The position numbers and the translations under genes were made by a program. 64,000 nt of DNA from Leptonemataceae bacterium (GTDB lineage Bacteria > Spirochaetota > Leptospiria > Leptospirales > Leptonemataceae), in contig OZ245742.1 of NCBI GenBank assembly GCA_965227295.1, positions 224,001 through 288,000 on the forward strand. Reading direction: 5' to 3'. Under the pieces are notes generated by a model that was given only the letters and a program-made list of their open reading frames with translations, ran no database searches and was not told where the DNA came from. Shown in pieces: positions 41,527 to 51,061 of the stretch. Position 1 is the first letter of the stretch. Each line of letters opens with the position of its first letter.

Positions 41527-42305
41527 GGGACCGGTGCCTCGCTGATCGTCGCCGCCAGGTAACCGGCGCCGAAGCCGTTGTCGATATTCACCACGGCCAC
41601 GCCCGGCGAGCAACTGTTGAGCATGGCAAGCAACGCACTGAGTCCGCCGAAGGCAGCGCCGTAGCCCGTGGATACCGGCACCGCAATCAACGGCGCGCGC
41701 ACGAGCCCGGCGATGACCGACGGCAACGCCCCGTCCATGCCGGCGCAGACCACGAGCACCCGTGCCGCACGCAGGCGATCCAGGTTCGCCAGCGTGCGAT
41801 GGAGTCCGGCCACGCCGACGTCGTAGATGCGTTCGACACGTCGGCCGAAAACCTCGGCGGTAACCGCTGCTTCTTCGGCGACCGGTACATCCGAAGTTCC
41901 GGCCGCGGCCACGCAGACTAGGCCGGAGCGCTCGTCCACGGGACGCCGCCTGCCGACTAACATCATTCGCGCGTCAGTTAGATGTTCCGCGTTCGGGGCG
42001 ACTTCGAGGATCGCGGCGGCGTGTTCGGGCTGCACGCGACTGACCAGGACCAGTTCCTCCTGCTCGCGAAATACCTGTACGATCCGCGCAACCTGGGCCG
42101 GAGTTTTGCCCTCGCACAGAATCGTCTCCGGATAGCCGCGACGACGGGAGCGGTCGGTGTCGATGCGGGCAAAGCCCAGGTCCGTGAATCCGGGATCCGC
42201 CGCGGACGACTGCGGCAGGCCGGCAAGTTCTTGCAGGGCCGCGTTCACGTCGCTGCGACCGGCGGCGACGTCGTTCAGGAGCTTGCGCAGTTCATCGGTA
42301 TTCAT
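41523..42305 (-). CDS. larB: Nickel-pincer cofactor carboxylase/hydrolase
   Basis: AGTSDVPVAEEA, DVGVAGLHR, AGMDGALPS, AMLNSC, VVNIDNGFGA. Confidence 0.95.
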   Translation of the reverse strand: MNTDELRKLLNDVAAGRSDVNAALQELAGLPQSSAADPGFTDLGFARIDTDRSRRRGYPETILCEGKTPAQVARIVQVFREQEELVLVSRVQPEHAAAILEVAPNAEHLTDARMMLVGRRRPVDERSGLVCVAAAGTSDVPVAEEAAVTAEVFGRRVERIYDVGVAGLHRTLANLDRLRAARVLVVCAGMDGALPSVIAGLVRAPLIAVPVSTGYGAAFGGLSALLAMLNSCSPGVAVVNIDNGFGAGYLAATISEAPVP

Positions 42306-42317
42306 GCGTAAATCTGA

Positions 42318-43118
42318 CTAACTTCCGCTGAATTGCGGTTTACGTTTTTCCAGGAAGGCGCGCACGCCCTCCTCGTAGTCCGCGCTCTTGAAACAGGCCT
42401 CCGCCGCTTCGCTGACGGTTGCGGCGTCGGGCCCGCCCGCGCCCGCGGCATGACGCACGGAAAGCTTCGCGGCTTTCACGGTGAGCGGAGCGTTCGCGGC
42501 AATGCGTCGCGCGTACTTCGCCGCGTACTCGAAGAGCTCGTGGTTCGCCACGCGCCGGTGAATCAAACCCAGGCGCAGGGCTTCTGCGCTGTCGTAGACG
42601 TTCGCGGTGAAAAGCATTTCGCGGGCCGCCCCGGCGCCGAGCTCCTGGACGAGACGCCGGGTATTCGCGGCGCCGTACGCAAGGCCGAGCTTCGCCGCCG
42701 GAATGCAGTACTGCGAATCGTCCGAACCAATGCGCAGGTCCGCCGACAGAATGATGGCGCAACCACCGCCGAAACAAAAGCCGCGCACCGCGGCGATTAC
42801 GGGTTTCGTGCTTTCGCGCAGGGATCGCAGGGCGGCATCGGTGACGGCGTCGTAACGCTTCGCGCCTTCGGCCCCCTGGCGAATGCTTTCGAATTCCGAG
42901 ATATCGGCGCCGGCGGCGAAGGCCTCCTCTCCGGCGCCACGAATCAGAATACTCCGCACCGCGGGATCGGAGTCGAGTTCGTGGACGGCGTCCGTGAGGT
43001 CGCGCCACATCTGTAGCGACATGGCGTTGCGTTTCCCGGCATGGTCGATGATCAAACGAGCGATACGCGCATCATCCTGCTCATCGCGCTCAACAACAAT
43101 GCGACCGCCCGCGCTCAT
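42318..43118 (-). CDS. Enoyl-CoA hydratase/isomerase family protein
   Basis: KRNAMS, FAAGADI, GFCFGGG, DYEEGVRAFLEKRKP; real start ATG 43118 (ATGA overlap). Confidence 0.9.
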   Translation of the reverse strand: MSAGGRIVVERDEQDDARIARLIIDHAGKRNAMSLQMWRDLTDAVHELDSDPAVRSILIRGAGEEAFAAGADISEFESIRQGAEGAKRYDAVTDAALRSLRESTKPVIAAVRGFCFGGGCAIILSADLRIGSDDSQYCIPAAKLGLAYGAANTRRLVQELGAGAAREMLFTANVYDSAEALRLGLIHRRVANHELFEYAAKYARRIAANAPLTVKAAKLSVRHAAGAGGPDAATVSEAAEACFKSADYEEGVRAFLEKRKPQFSGS

Positions 43119-43759
43119 AGACCGCCGAACTCGACGGCCACACCGCATAGCGCAACAATCACCCCGGCCGCCGCGTGACCATAGCGGGCGAGACCCCGGG
43201 CAAACGAAGCGTTGCCACTGAAACGCGCGAGGCTGAAGGTCGCCGGCACGATGATGACCAGCATCGTTGCAAGGGTCGTGAGTGTGAACGCGCTGACCGC
43301 ACCGATCGCGGCCGTGAGTCCTTCGACGCCGCCCGCGTACATTACGAAGGGAATCAGCGGTTCGCACGGTCCGAAGAAGAATATCAAAAATAGACTGATG
43401 CCCATGAGCGAAATGCTCGCACTCTCTTCGCCGTTGTGACGGCGCGCGCGGTACAGACCCCAGAGGGCGTAGACCGTGCCGGCGAAGATCAGCGCCCAGG
43501 CAGCGATGCCGGCCCGGGTTTCGTCGATGTACAAAAGATCTCCGAGACTGCGGCCGAGGGCGAGGCCGCCGATGCCGAGCAGGACGGCGGTAAAGGCGTG
43601 GGCCAGACCGCAGAGTACGGTGAAGACGACGGTCCGGCGCACGTTCCAATTCCGCGCCCGGGCGAGGGCGATGAACGGCAGGTAGTGATCGGGACCGAGG
43701 ACGGTGTGCAGCACGCCGGTACCGGCGGCGGCGAGGCTTAGTGCAAAGATGGATTCCAT
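43115..43759 (-). CDS. Nickel/cobalt transporter-like membrane protein (UreH/NiCoT-like)
   Basis: H-x4-D-H motif (HTVLGPDHYLPF), GLAH, GPCEPLIP; 6 TM helices; upstream of larBCE. Confidence 0.7.
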   Translation of the reverse strand: MESIFALSLAAAGTGVLHTVLGPDHYLPFIALARARNWNVRRTVVFTVLCGLAHAFTAVLLGIGGLALGRSLGDLLYIDETRAGIAAWALIFAGTVYALWGLYRARRHNGEESASISLMGISLFLIFFFGPCEPLIPFVMYAGGVEGLTAAIGAVSAFTLTTLATMLVIIVPATFSLARFSGNASFARGLARYGHAAAGVIVALCGVAVEFGGL

Positions 43760-43797
43760 AGATTTTGTTTACTAACTATTTCCCGTTGTGTATTAAT

Positions 43798-44619
43798 TTA
43801 TGAGAGCGTGCCGAACTTCGCGCGGAACTCGTCCCTGGAAAGGCCGCTGGCCTTCCACTCGCGTTCGAAGCGATCGCGGCGGGACTCGTACTCCTCGCTC
43901 AGAGGAATCTCCAACCGGGCTATGGTTTCGCCGTAGCGGCGGCTGGAGTAGAGCGCGAAGTGATGACGATCGATGCCGGTCTGATCCAGCAGAATGCCCA
44001 CGAGGGTGAGTCCCATGCCGGCGCCCTCGGTCTCGTCGCCGTGGGCCAGGTAGAACTGCATGAGGTCGGTGAAGTCCTGGGCGTCGCGGAACTTCGTGCG
44101 GATGCGCTCCTCTTCCACGGGCCACAATGTGAACACGTTCTTGACCTTGATCTTCAGCGCCTGAAAGGGCTCGTAGTAAAACGTAATCGTCACCGGAAGA
44201 TTGTACTCCCGAAACAGCGGCTTGTAATGGCGGATGCGTTTTTCGGGCAGGTTCTTTTTGAATACGACCATGCCTTCTTCGTATTGTTGCGGGTCCAGCG
44301 GGTCGAGGCCCAGTTCGTCGAAGATGATGCGCTTGAGGTTCGCCTTGCCCGCGTTCATTACGAGTTCTTTCAGCGACGTGTAGAGAATGTCGAGCAGGTC
44401 GGGACGATTGAAGCGCGCGAGGATGCGACTCACGATGATATGCAGGGCCTGCTCGCCGGCGTCGGAAAGATAGTAGGTTACGAGAGAGATGGCCTTGTTC
44501 GAGGCCAGCGCCTGATCGACGAGGGCCGTCAGCTCTTCCGCGGGTTGCCGGGCCAGGGCGTCGGCACGGTTTCGCAGGGCTTCCAGTCGCTCCTTTCCGT
44601 TCGCCCCCGCCCCGGACAT
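43798..44619 (-). CDS. Conserved hypothetical protein with HATPase-like motifs
   Basis: KELVMNAGKAN (N-box-like) and EGAGMGL (G2-like). Confidence 0.6.
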   Translation of the reverse strand: MSGAGANGKERLEALRNRADALARQPAEELTALVDQALASNKAISLVTYYLSDAGEQALHIIVSRILARFNRPDLLDILYTSLKELVMNAGKANLKRIIFDELGLDPLDPQQYEEGMVVFKKNLPEKRIRHYKPLFREYNLPVTITFYYEPFQALKIKVKNVFTLWPVEEERIRTKFRDAQDFTDLMQFYLAHGDETEGAGMGLTLVGILLDQTGIDRHHFALYSSRRYGETIARLEIPLSEEYESRRDRFEREWKASGLSRDEFRAKFGTLS

Positions 44620-44634
44620 GCGCAGTACCGCGCG

Positions 44635-46242
44635 TTACACGCGCGCGGCCTCCTGTTCACGCTGGTATTCAATGTACTCGTCGTAGGTGCAGAGCTTATC
44701 GAACGCGCCGCCGCCGTCTTTGAACTCGATGACGCGGTTGGCCACAGTGTTGCTTAGTTCGTGGTCGTAACTTGTAAACAGGATGACGCCGGGGAATTCG
44801 ATCATGCCCTGGTTGAGGGCCGTGATGGATTCCAGGTCCAGGTGGTTCGTGGGTTCGTCGAAGATCAAAAGATTGGCGCCCGAGAGCATCATGCGGGAGA
44901 GCATGCAGCGAACCTTTTCGCCGCCGGACAGTACGCTGCATTTCTTCAGGGCTTCGTCGCCGGAGAACAGCATGCGTCCCAGAAAACCGCGGATGTAGCC
45001 TTCGTCCTGATCTTTGGAGTACTGGCGCAACCAGTCGACGAGGTTCAGATCTTTCTCGAAGTACTCATCGTGGTCTTTCGGAAAATAGGCCGGGGTGATG
45101 GTGACGCCCCATTTGAACTCGCCGGCGTCCGCTTGCTCTTCTCCCATGAGAATTTTAAAGAACATGGACTTCGCAAGGCCGTCGTCGCCGACGAAGGCGA
45201 TCTTATCTTCCTCACGCACGCGAAAGCTCACGTCCTTGAACAACTCCACCCCGTCCACGGTTTTGGACAGGCCGTCCACCGTGAGGATATCGTTGCCCGG
45301 ATCGCGTTCGGGTTTGAAGTTGATGTACGGGTACTTGCGCGACGAAGGTTTGATGTCGTCGATGGTGATCTTTTCCAGCAGCTTCTTGCGCGAGGTGGCC
45401 TGTTTGGACTTGGAGGCGTTGGCACTGAAGCGGGCGATGAACTCCTTGAGTTCTTTGACCTTATCTTCTTTCTTTTTGTTTTCGTCTTTGCGCTGCTGCA
45501 TGGCGAGCTGCGACGAAAGATACCAGAAGTCGTAGTTGCCGACGTAGATCTGCATTTTGCCGAAGTCCAGGTCCGCGATGTGCGTGCATACGCGGTTCAG
45601 GAAGTGGCGGTCGTGGGAAACGACGATCACGGTGTTCTTGAAATCGTAGAGGAACTCTTCCAGCCACACGATGGAACTCACGTCCAGGTGGTTCGTGGGT
45701 TCGTCCAGCAGCAGGATGTCCGGATTGCCGAAGAGGGCCTGCGCGAGCAACACGCGGACCTTGTCGTCGTCTTCCAGCTCCTTCATGAGCTTCGCGTGCA
45801 TAGCCTCTTTGATGCCCAGGCCGGTCAGCAGCGTGGCCGCCTCGGACTCGGCTTCCCAGCCGCCGAGGTCGGCGAACTGCTCTTCCAGTTCCGCGGCGCG
45901 GATGCCGTCCTCGTCGGACATGTCGGCTTTGGCGTAGATCGCATCGCGCTCTTCCATGATGGCGTAGAGATCTTTGTGGCCCATGATGACGGTCTTCAGG
46001 ACCTCGAAGTCGTTGTACTCGTAGTGGTTCTGCTTCAGCACGGCCATGCGCTGATCGCCGGGGATGAGGACCTCGCCGGAAGTGGGCTCCTCGACGCCGG
46101 AGAGGATTTTGATGAAGGTGGACTTGCCGGCGCCGTTCGCGCCGATGAGGCCGTAGCAATTGCCGGGCGCGAACTTGAGATTGACGTTCTCGAAGAGGGT
46201 GCGCTGGCCGTATTTGAGGGTGAGGTTCTGTACGTTGATCAC
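44635..46242 (-). CDS. ABC-F family ATPase (YbiT/YkpA-like)
   Basis: Two ABC domains, no TM; GANGAGKST, LDEPTNHLD twice, SANASKSKQATSRKK linker, LSGGE. Confidence 0.93.
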   Translation of the reverse strand: MINVQNLTLKYGQRTLFENVNLKFAPGNCYGLIGANGAGKSTFIKILSGVEEPTSGEVLIPGDQRMAVLKQNHYEYNDFEVLKTVIMGHKDLYAIMEERDAIYAKADMSDEDGIRAAELEEQFADLGGWEAESEAATLLTGLGIKEAMHAKLMKELEDDDKVRVLLAQALFGNPDILLLDEPTNHLDVSSIVWLEEFLYDFKNTVIVVSHDRHFLNRVCTHIADLDFGKMQIYVGNYDFWYLSSQLAMQQRKDENKKKEDKVKELKEFIARFSANASKSKQATSRKKLLEKITIDDIKPSSRKYPYINFKPERDPGNDILTVDGLSKTVDGVELFKDVSFRVREEDKIAFVGDDGLAKSMFFKILMGEEQADAGEFKWGVTITPAYFPKDHDEYFEKDLNLVDWLRQYSKDQDEGYIRGFLGRMLFSGDEALKKCSVLSGGEKVRCMLSRMMLSGANLLIFDEPTNHLDLESITALNQGMIEFPGVILFTSYDHELSNTVANRVIEFKDGGGAFDKLCTYDEYIEYQREQEAARV

Positions 46243-46477
46243 GATCTACCTGCTTGCCGCCCGAACGATTTACAAATTACAGCGAAGATGGAAGACACGG
46301 GGACCGGGCGGGCTTTCACGGGATTCGTGACCACATTTTATGAGACGCCGCCCGGGTCGAGAATCTTACAACGTCCATTCTCTTCTATAGTTACAGTGTC
46401 TTTTCTACGATCCCGGGCGGAATCCGCCAGCGGTTTTTGCGGGCCCTGTCCGGCCTTCCCGACGGCGGCTGCGACGC

Positions 46478-46867
46478 CTACGCGCCGCGGATGGCGGCCA
46501 CGGTCTCGGCGAACTCGGCGTCGCTTAATTCCAGGCGCGGTCCGGTGAAGTTCGTGTCGCTCAGTTGATCGAGGGGGATCAGGTGAATGTGCACGTGCGG
46601 GACTTCCAGGCCCACCACGGCCATGCCGACCTTACGGCATTCGATGGCCGCGTCGATCTTCCGCGCCACACCGGCCGCGAACTTATGCAGGGCGGCCAGT
46701 TCGTCTTCGGGCATGTCGAAGATGTAATCGACCTCGCGCTTCGGCACGACCAGGGTGTGTCCGCGTTTCAGCGGCTTCACGTCGAGAAAGGCGATGTGCG
46801 CCTCGTCCTCGGCGATCTTGTGGCACGGGATTTCGCCGGAGATGATTTTGGTGAAGATGGTGGGCAT
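46478..46867 (-). CDS. HIT family nucleotide hydrolase
   Basis: IFTKII.GEIP, GHTLVVPK, VPHVHIHLIP. Confidence 0.95.
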   Translation of the reverse strand: MPTIFTKIISGEIPCHKIAEDEAHIAFLDVKPLKRGHTLVVPKREVDYIFDMPEDELAALHKFAAGVARKIDAAIECRKVGMAVVGLEVPHVHIHLIPLDQLSDTNFTGPRLELSDAEFAETVAAIRGA

Positions 46868-47100
46868 GGTACGATCTGCGCCGCCCCGGATTGTGAGGTA
46901 AATCTTTTTTGGGCGTGTCCCTCCGCGCTTCGGGGGCTGGCGAAAACTCCCATACGACAGGCCAGTTATCGGAAAGTGACATCTATAGAACGCAGGGCTC
47001 TTTGCGTCAGGGATCGGAAGAGTTGCGCCGGAAAGCGGACGCCAGTGTCGGGGCTGACCAATAAGTGGCCTGCCAGGAAAGATAAGGCATTCATTTTAGT

Positions 47101-47229
47101 GGGGGAGCTCCGCTCCCCCTGGCTCCGACCTGCGTCGCTACGCGAACGCCCGGGCCTCGCCTTCGGCGACCGGCTCACCCTCCGGGCAAGCCTGGCCCGG
47201 GCTCGCGGTTCTCCGCCACCCCCTCGGTG
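47101..47229. repeat. Structured ~130-bp intergenic repeat (family B), copy 2
   Basis: Near-identical ends to 31132-31264 with a re-paired internal stem. Confidence 0.8.
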
Positions 47230-47551
47230 TGCAGCATCCGTTCGCGACTCGTTCTTAAATATGGGCAATAATCCGGCGTCGGCTTGTGCTCCGGCAAGGC
47301 GAGTCGCTACACTCGCGGCGAGGCACCCAAAAAGTCTTGCTTTAATTTTATCATGATTTCAAGCCAAAAATCGCAACGCTAACTTACAGTGCAGTAGTGC
47401 TTGTATGGGCGTCTCCCTCCAATCGCTAACGCGAAGAGCCGAACACATTCGCACCCGATCAGTCCACGTTTCTTTTCATTCTTCCCTCGGCTCCTCGGTC
47501 CTCGGAGTAAATTCTTCTTCCCACCCACGCCGCCGATCGATACGATCCACC

Positions 47552-49441
47552 GTGCGCGCCCTCATCATTCGTGGAACGTTTGCCGCCCTGTTGCTCATCT
47601 CCGGTTGCTACACCGGCATGCTGAACACCGGCGGCAACGTCGTAACGATTACGCCCGATCGACCGCTGCATCCGCCGCTGACGATGCCCGAGGGCAAAGC
47701 GCTCACGGTGACGGGCAGCCTGGGCGAATTCCGGCGCGTGCACTTTCATTACGGCCTGGACTTTTCAACGGGCGGCCAGGTGGGATTGCCGGTGCACGCC
47801 GTCGAGGACGGCATCGTGCGGCGGGTAATGTTCGGGCGCTACGGCATCGGCAACGCGCTGTGGATCGAACATCCGAACGGCTTAGTTTCCAAGTACGGAC
47901 ACTTAGACGGCTTCGCGGAGAGCCTCCTCGCACACGAGAGCTTCGCACCGATTCTGGACTCGATCCGGCTGCGAAAAGAATTCAGCCATCATCCTTCGAA
48001 GGATGCGGCGCCCGTCGTAAAACGCGGCGATGTGATCGCGTACTCCGGCGAAACCGGCGTAGGTTATCCGCATTTGCACTTTGAGTTACTGGAAGGCGAC
48101 GGGCGCACGACGATCAATCCCCTGCTCTACGGCCTGGAACTGCCGGACACCACGCCGCCGGAGTTACTGGAGATCGTCCTGGAACCGGCGGCGCCGACGT
48201 CCCGCATCAACGGCAGGTACGAAACGCTGAGCATTCCGCTACAGCCCGGTGCCGTCAGCGAAAGCGAGCAGCGCCGTACGCGCACGTTCGTCCCGCATCC
48301 GGGCGATCGGCGTAGGCCGGCGGCTCCGGGAACGGCGAATGATCCGGTCGTCGTGGCCGGGGCGGTGCAGGTCAAAGTGGCGGCCTACGACCCTTCCGAA
48401 TCCGGCGGCCGCTCGCGGCTCTCCTTAACCTCCGGCGATCTTACATTAGATGCGCAGCGCATCTTCGAGTTTCGCTTCGATCGCCTGCCCTGGATGCCGC
48501 AGCGGCGCCATCTGTTGTTTTACGATCTGGAACGCACGAAACTCCGCGGCGGCGCCGAGTACATGCAACTCTTCTACGAACGCCTGAACCGTGAGCTGCC
48601 GTTCATTGACAGCACCGAGCGCGGCATCGTCACCCTGCCGGCGCGCGCATCGAAGGTTCTGCACGAGCTGCGCATCAACGGCGCGGATGCCGCCGGCAAT
48701 CGATCGACGGTTACGTTAAGACTGCGCCGGGACGGCAGCGAGCATCCGCCGGTCGCCGCACCGGAGCCGAATACCTTTGCCGGACGCACTACGGATCTTA
48801 CGAGCGAAGACGGGGCCTTGCGCTTAACTTTCGGCGAGCGCGCCTTATTCGAAGATCGGCGTTTCTTCATTCAGCGCGGCCGGGTATCGCCGGCGCTGCC
48901 GAAGGGCCTGCGGCCGTTGTCGTTCGCGTACGGCGTGGGCCCGGCGTATTTGAATTTCCTGGACGGCTTCGACGGCGAGATTCGCACGGCCGTGCTTTCG
49001 AAGAAGGCATCCGCGTACATCGTCGCCGGCCGGCGCGCCATTCCCCTCATGAAACCGGGCGCCGAACGCATCGACGATCCGAACGGCGATACGAAGGCCA
49101 GGGCGTTGTATCGCTTCACGGCCCACAACACCGGTTACTTCGCCGTCATTGAAGACAACGCGCCGCCGGAGTTTCTTAAGATGCGGCGAAATTCATTTAG
49201 CGGCGAGTTTCGTATTTTTCTGAAACCCCGCGACGTGGGCAGCGGGATTGATTACGAAAGCCTGCGCGTGACGGTGGACGGGATTGTCTGCGCGACGGAC
49301 CACGATCCGGATTACGATCATGTGGAGGTGTTTTTTCCGGAGCACATTTATAAACGCGGGGCGCATGTGCTGCGGGCGGATGTGATGGATCGCGCGGGGA
49401 ACAAGGCGGCGACGTTGGTGTGGCGGTATCGGGTGCGGTGA
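47552..49441 (+). CDS. M23 family metallopeptidase lipoprotein
   Basis: H-x3-D (HYGLD), YGHL, SGETG, PHLHFE, INPL; GTG start with lipobox ISG-C. The upstream ORF extension runs through a repeat. Confidence 0.88.
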   Translation: MRALIIRGTFAALLLISGCYTGMLNTGGNVVTITPDRPLHPPLTMPEGKALTVTGSLGEFRRVHFHYGLDFSTGGQVGLPVHAVEDGIVRRVMFGRYGIGNALWIEHPNGLVSKYGHLDGFAESLLAHESFAPILDSIRLRKEFSHHPSKDAAPVVKRGDVIAYSGETGVGYPHLHFELLEGDGRTTINPLLYGLELPDTTPPELLEIVLEPAAPTSRINGRYETLSIPLQPGAVSESEQRRTRTFVPHPGDRRRPAAPGTANDPVVVAGAVQVKVAAYDPSESGGRSRLSLTSGDLTLDAQRIFEFRFDRLPWMPQRRHLLFYDLERTKLRGGAEYMQLFYERLNRELPFIDSTERGIVTLPARASKVLHELRINGADAAGNRSTVTLRLRRDGSEHPPVAAPEPNTFAGRTTDLTSEDGALRLTFGERALFEDRRFFIQRGRVSPALPKGLRPLSFAYGVGPAYLNFLDGFDGEIRTAVLSKKASAYIVAGRRAIPLMKPGAERIDDPNGDTKARALYRFTAHNTGYFAVIEDNAPPEFLKMRRNSFSGEFRIFLKPRDVGSGIDYESLRVTVDGIVCATDHDPDYDHVEVFFPEHIYKRGAHVLRADVMDRAGNKAATLVWRYRVR

Positions 49442-49776
49442 GCGTTTCGTTTTTTGCGCGATACGCCCCATACACCAGGCGTGAGCGATGCGCAGGGTCG
49501 CGCGCCAGCGCGAGTCTCGCGCCCTCGCGAGACCGAAGCGAAGCGGAGCCCGGAGCAGCGCGACGGCCCGCCGCCTCAGAGGGGAGTGATCAAACAGCGG
49601 CCCGACCAGCGGGCCTTGTTGGCAGCCGCGGGCCGGCACGCCCAAATCAAATATTTTATGGAACGCGGAGGCGAATCAATTGAAATAGAATCGCGTGGTG
49701 AAATCTTTTCTAAGATTCACTGATACCATCTTTAAGATATTCGACAACGACTGCACGCAACGACAATCACCAGGTT

Positions 49777-50988
49777 TTACACCGCCACCCCCACATACTT
49801 CGCCCGCGGTCGAATCAGCAGCCCGCTCTCATACTGCTCCATGGCATGCGCAATCCAGCCGGCCGCACGCCCGGCCGCAAAGATCGCGAGACCGGCCCCC
49901 GGCGGTAACATCAACACACGGCACATTAGCGCCAACCCGAAGTCGACCGTGGGATAATCCATCAACGTCCGCCGCACATATTGAACGAGCGAACGCGCGC
50001 GGCGCACCTCGGCGTGACCGGGAAACGCGGCGGCACAGAGATCGATCAACGCACGGCCGCGCGGGTCGCCGTCGGGATACAGCGGATGACCGAAGCCGGG
50101 CACAGACTCGCCGCGACGCAGGATTTTCTGAATCGTTTCCGGCCCGCCGTGTTCGGCGACGGCGTCGAGAAACTCGATCGTACGCTCCGTAAGCAAACCG
50201 TGGCGCGGACCCGACAACGCGGCGAGGCCGGCGCATACGGCCTGGTAAATGCCGGCCCCGCCGGACGCGACGCAGCGCACGGTGAACGATGAAAGATTCA
50301 ACTCGTGATCCGCCATGAGCACGAGCGCCGCGTTCAGCATCGACTCCGCCCGCTGTCGCCCGCTGCGCACCCATGCCGACGCCAGCGCGCCGGCCAGACT
50401 CCCGTTCGGTTTCGTTTCTAATGTAAGATAAATACACATTAACCGAAGCAGGCGCGCGCCCACCAAACGCACGGAGGCTGCTTCCGTGCGATACGCGGCG
50501 GGATCCCGAGACCCGGCGGCCACGAGCATCATCCGGCACCGATCCATCGGTGTAAGCTCTGCGGCCTGTTGTAGATGGCGCTCGCTCCGCCGCGATAATC
50601 GCGGCCAGACCTCGCGCGCGAACAGATCGCCGTCCGCCTGCCAGAGAAACGCCGCCACCGTTTCGAAGTCCTCGTCGCGCAGATCCAGAACGTTGCGCCC
50701 GCGATAGTAGAGCGCGCCGTCGGCGATGCAACTGATCGACGACTCCAACACCGGCTGGCCCCAGGTCAACGCGGTGCCGGCAGTGCGCCCGGGCCGCATT
50801 CGTTCTTCCCGGCGTAGCTTCAGTCGTTCCACGTCTTCGCGACGGTAGCGGCGGCTGCGATCCCCCCGGCCGCCCGGCTCCGAATGCAGGTGCCCGCGAC
50901 TGACGTAGGCGTAGATCGTCTCGACTTCCACGCCCAGAAACCGCGCGGCTTCGTGGGCGGTGAGATACGACTTGATGGATCCGTCCAT
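49777..50988 (-). CDS. HTH (MerR/excisionase-like) domain fused to a citrate-synthase-like domain
   Basis: YLTAHEAARFLGVEVETIYAYVSRG; ADHELN.S.F, GPRHG, PGFGHPLY, TVDFGL, RPRAKY. Confidence 0.88.
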   Translation of the reverse strand: MDGSIKSYLTAHEAARFLGVEVETIYAYVSRGHLHSEPGGRGDRSRRYRREDVERLKLRREERMRPGRTAGTALTWGQPVLESSISCIADGALYYRGRNVLDLRDEDFETVAAFLWQADGDLFAREVWPRLSRRSERHLQQAAELTPMDRCRMMLVAAGSRDPAAYRTEAASVRLVGARLLRLMCIYLTLETKPNGSLAGALASAWVRSGRQRAESMLNAALVLMADHELNLSSFTVRCVASGGAGIYQAVCAGLAALSGPRHGLLTERTIEFLDAVAEHGGPETIQKILRRGESVPGFGHPLYPDGDPRGRALIDLCAAAFPGHAEVRRARSLVQYVRRTLMDYPTVDFGLALMCRVLMLPPGAGLAIFAAGRAAGWIAHAMEQYESGLLIRPRAKYVGVAV

Positions 50989-51008
50989 ATATGGACAGAC
51001 TAATCAAC

Positions 51009-51028
51009 ATTGACCGGCTTGCGTCAAT
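51009..51028. promoter_or_regulatory. Putative operator between the divergent citrate-synthase genes
   Basis: ATTGAC-N8-GTCAAT inverted repeat in the 73-bp divergent spacer. Confidence 0.45.
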
Positions 51029-51061
51029 CGGTTATTCTTCGAAGCGAAACAGGAGAACACC

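Noticed and set aside
42318-43649. 443-aa fused ORF
   Set aside because: The first 177 aa overlap the transporter gene in another frame; the hydratase starts at 43118.
44761-46548. 595-aa plus-strand ORF
   Set aside because: Antisense shadow of the ABC-F gene, common in GC-rich DNA. The same applies to 36698-38185, 14985-16154, 49829-51010 and 57035-58030, which overlap well-supported genes.
46904-47333. MITE with terminal inverted repeats around family B copy 2, and a similar GC-rich stretch at 49480-49645
   Set aside because: The ends match only loosely and there is no second full copy in the window to support boundaries.
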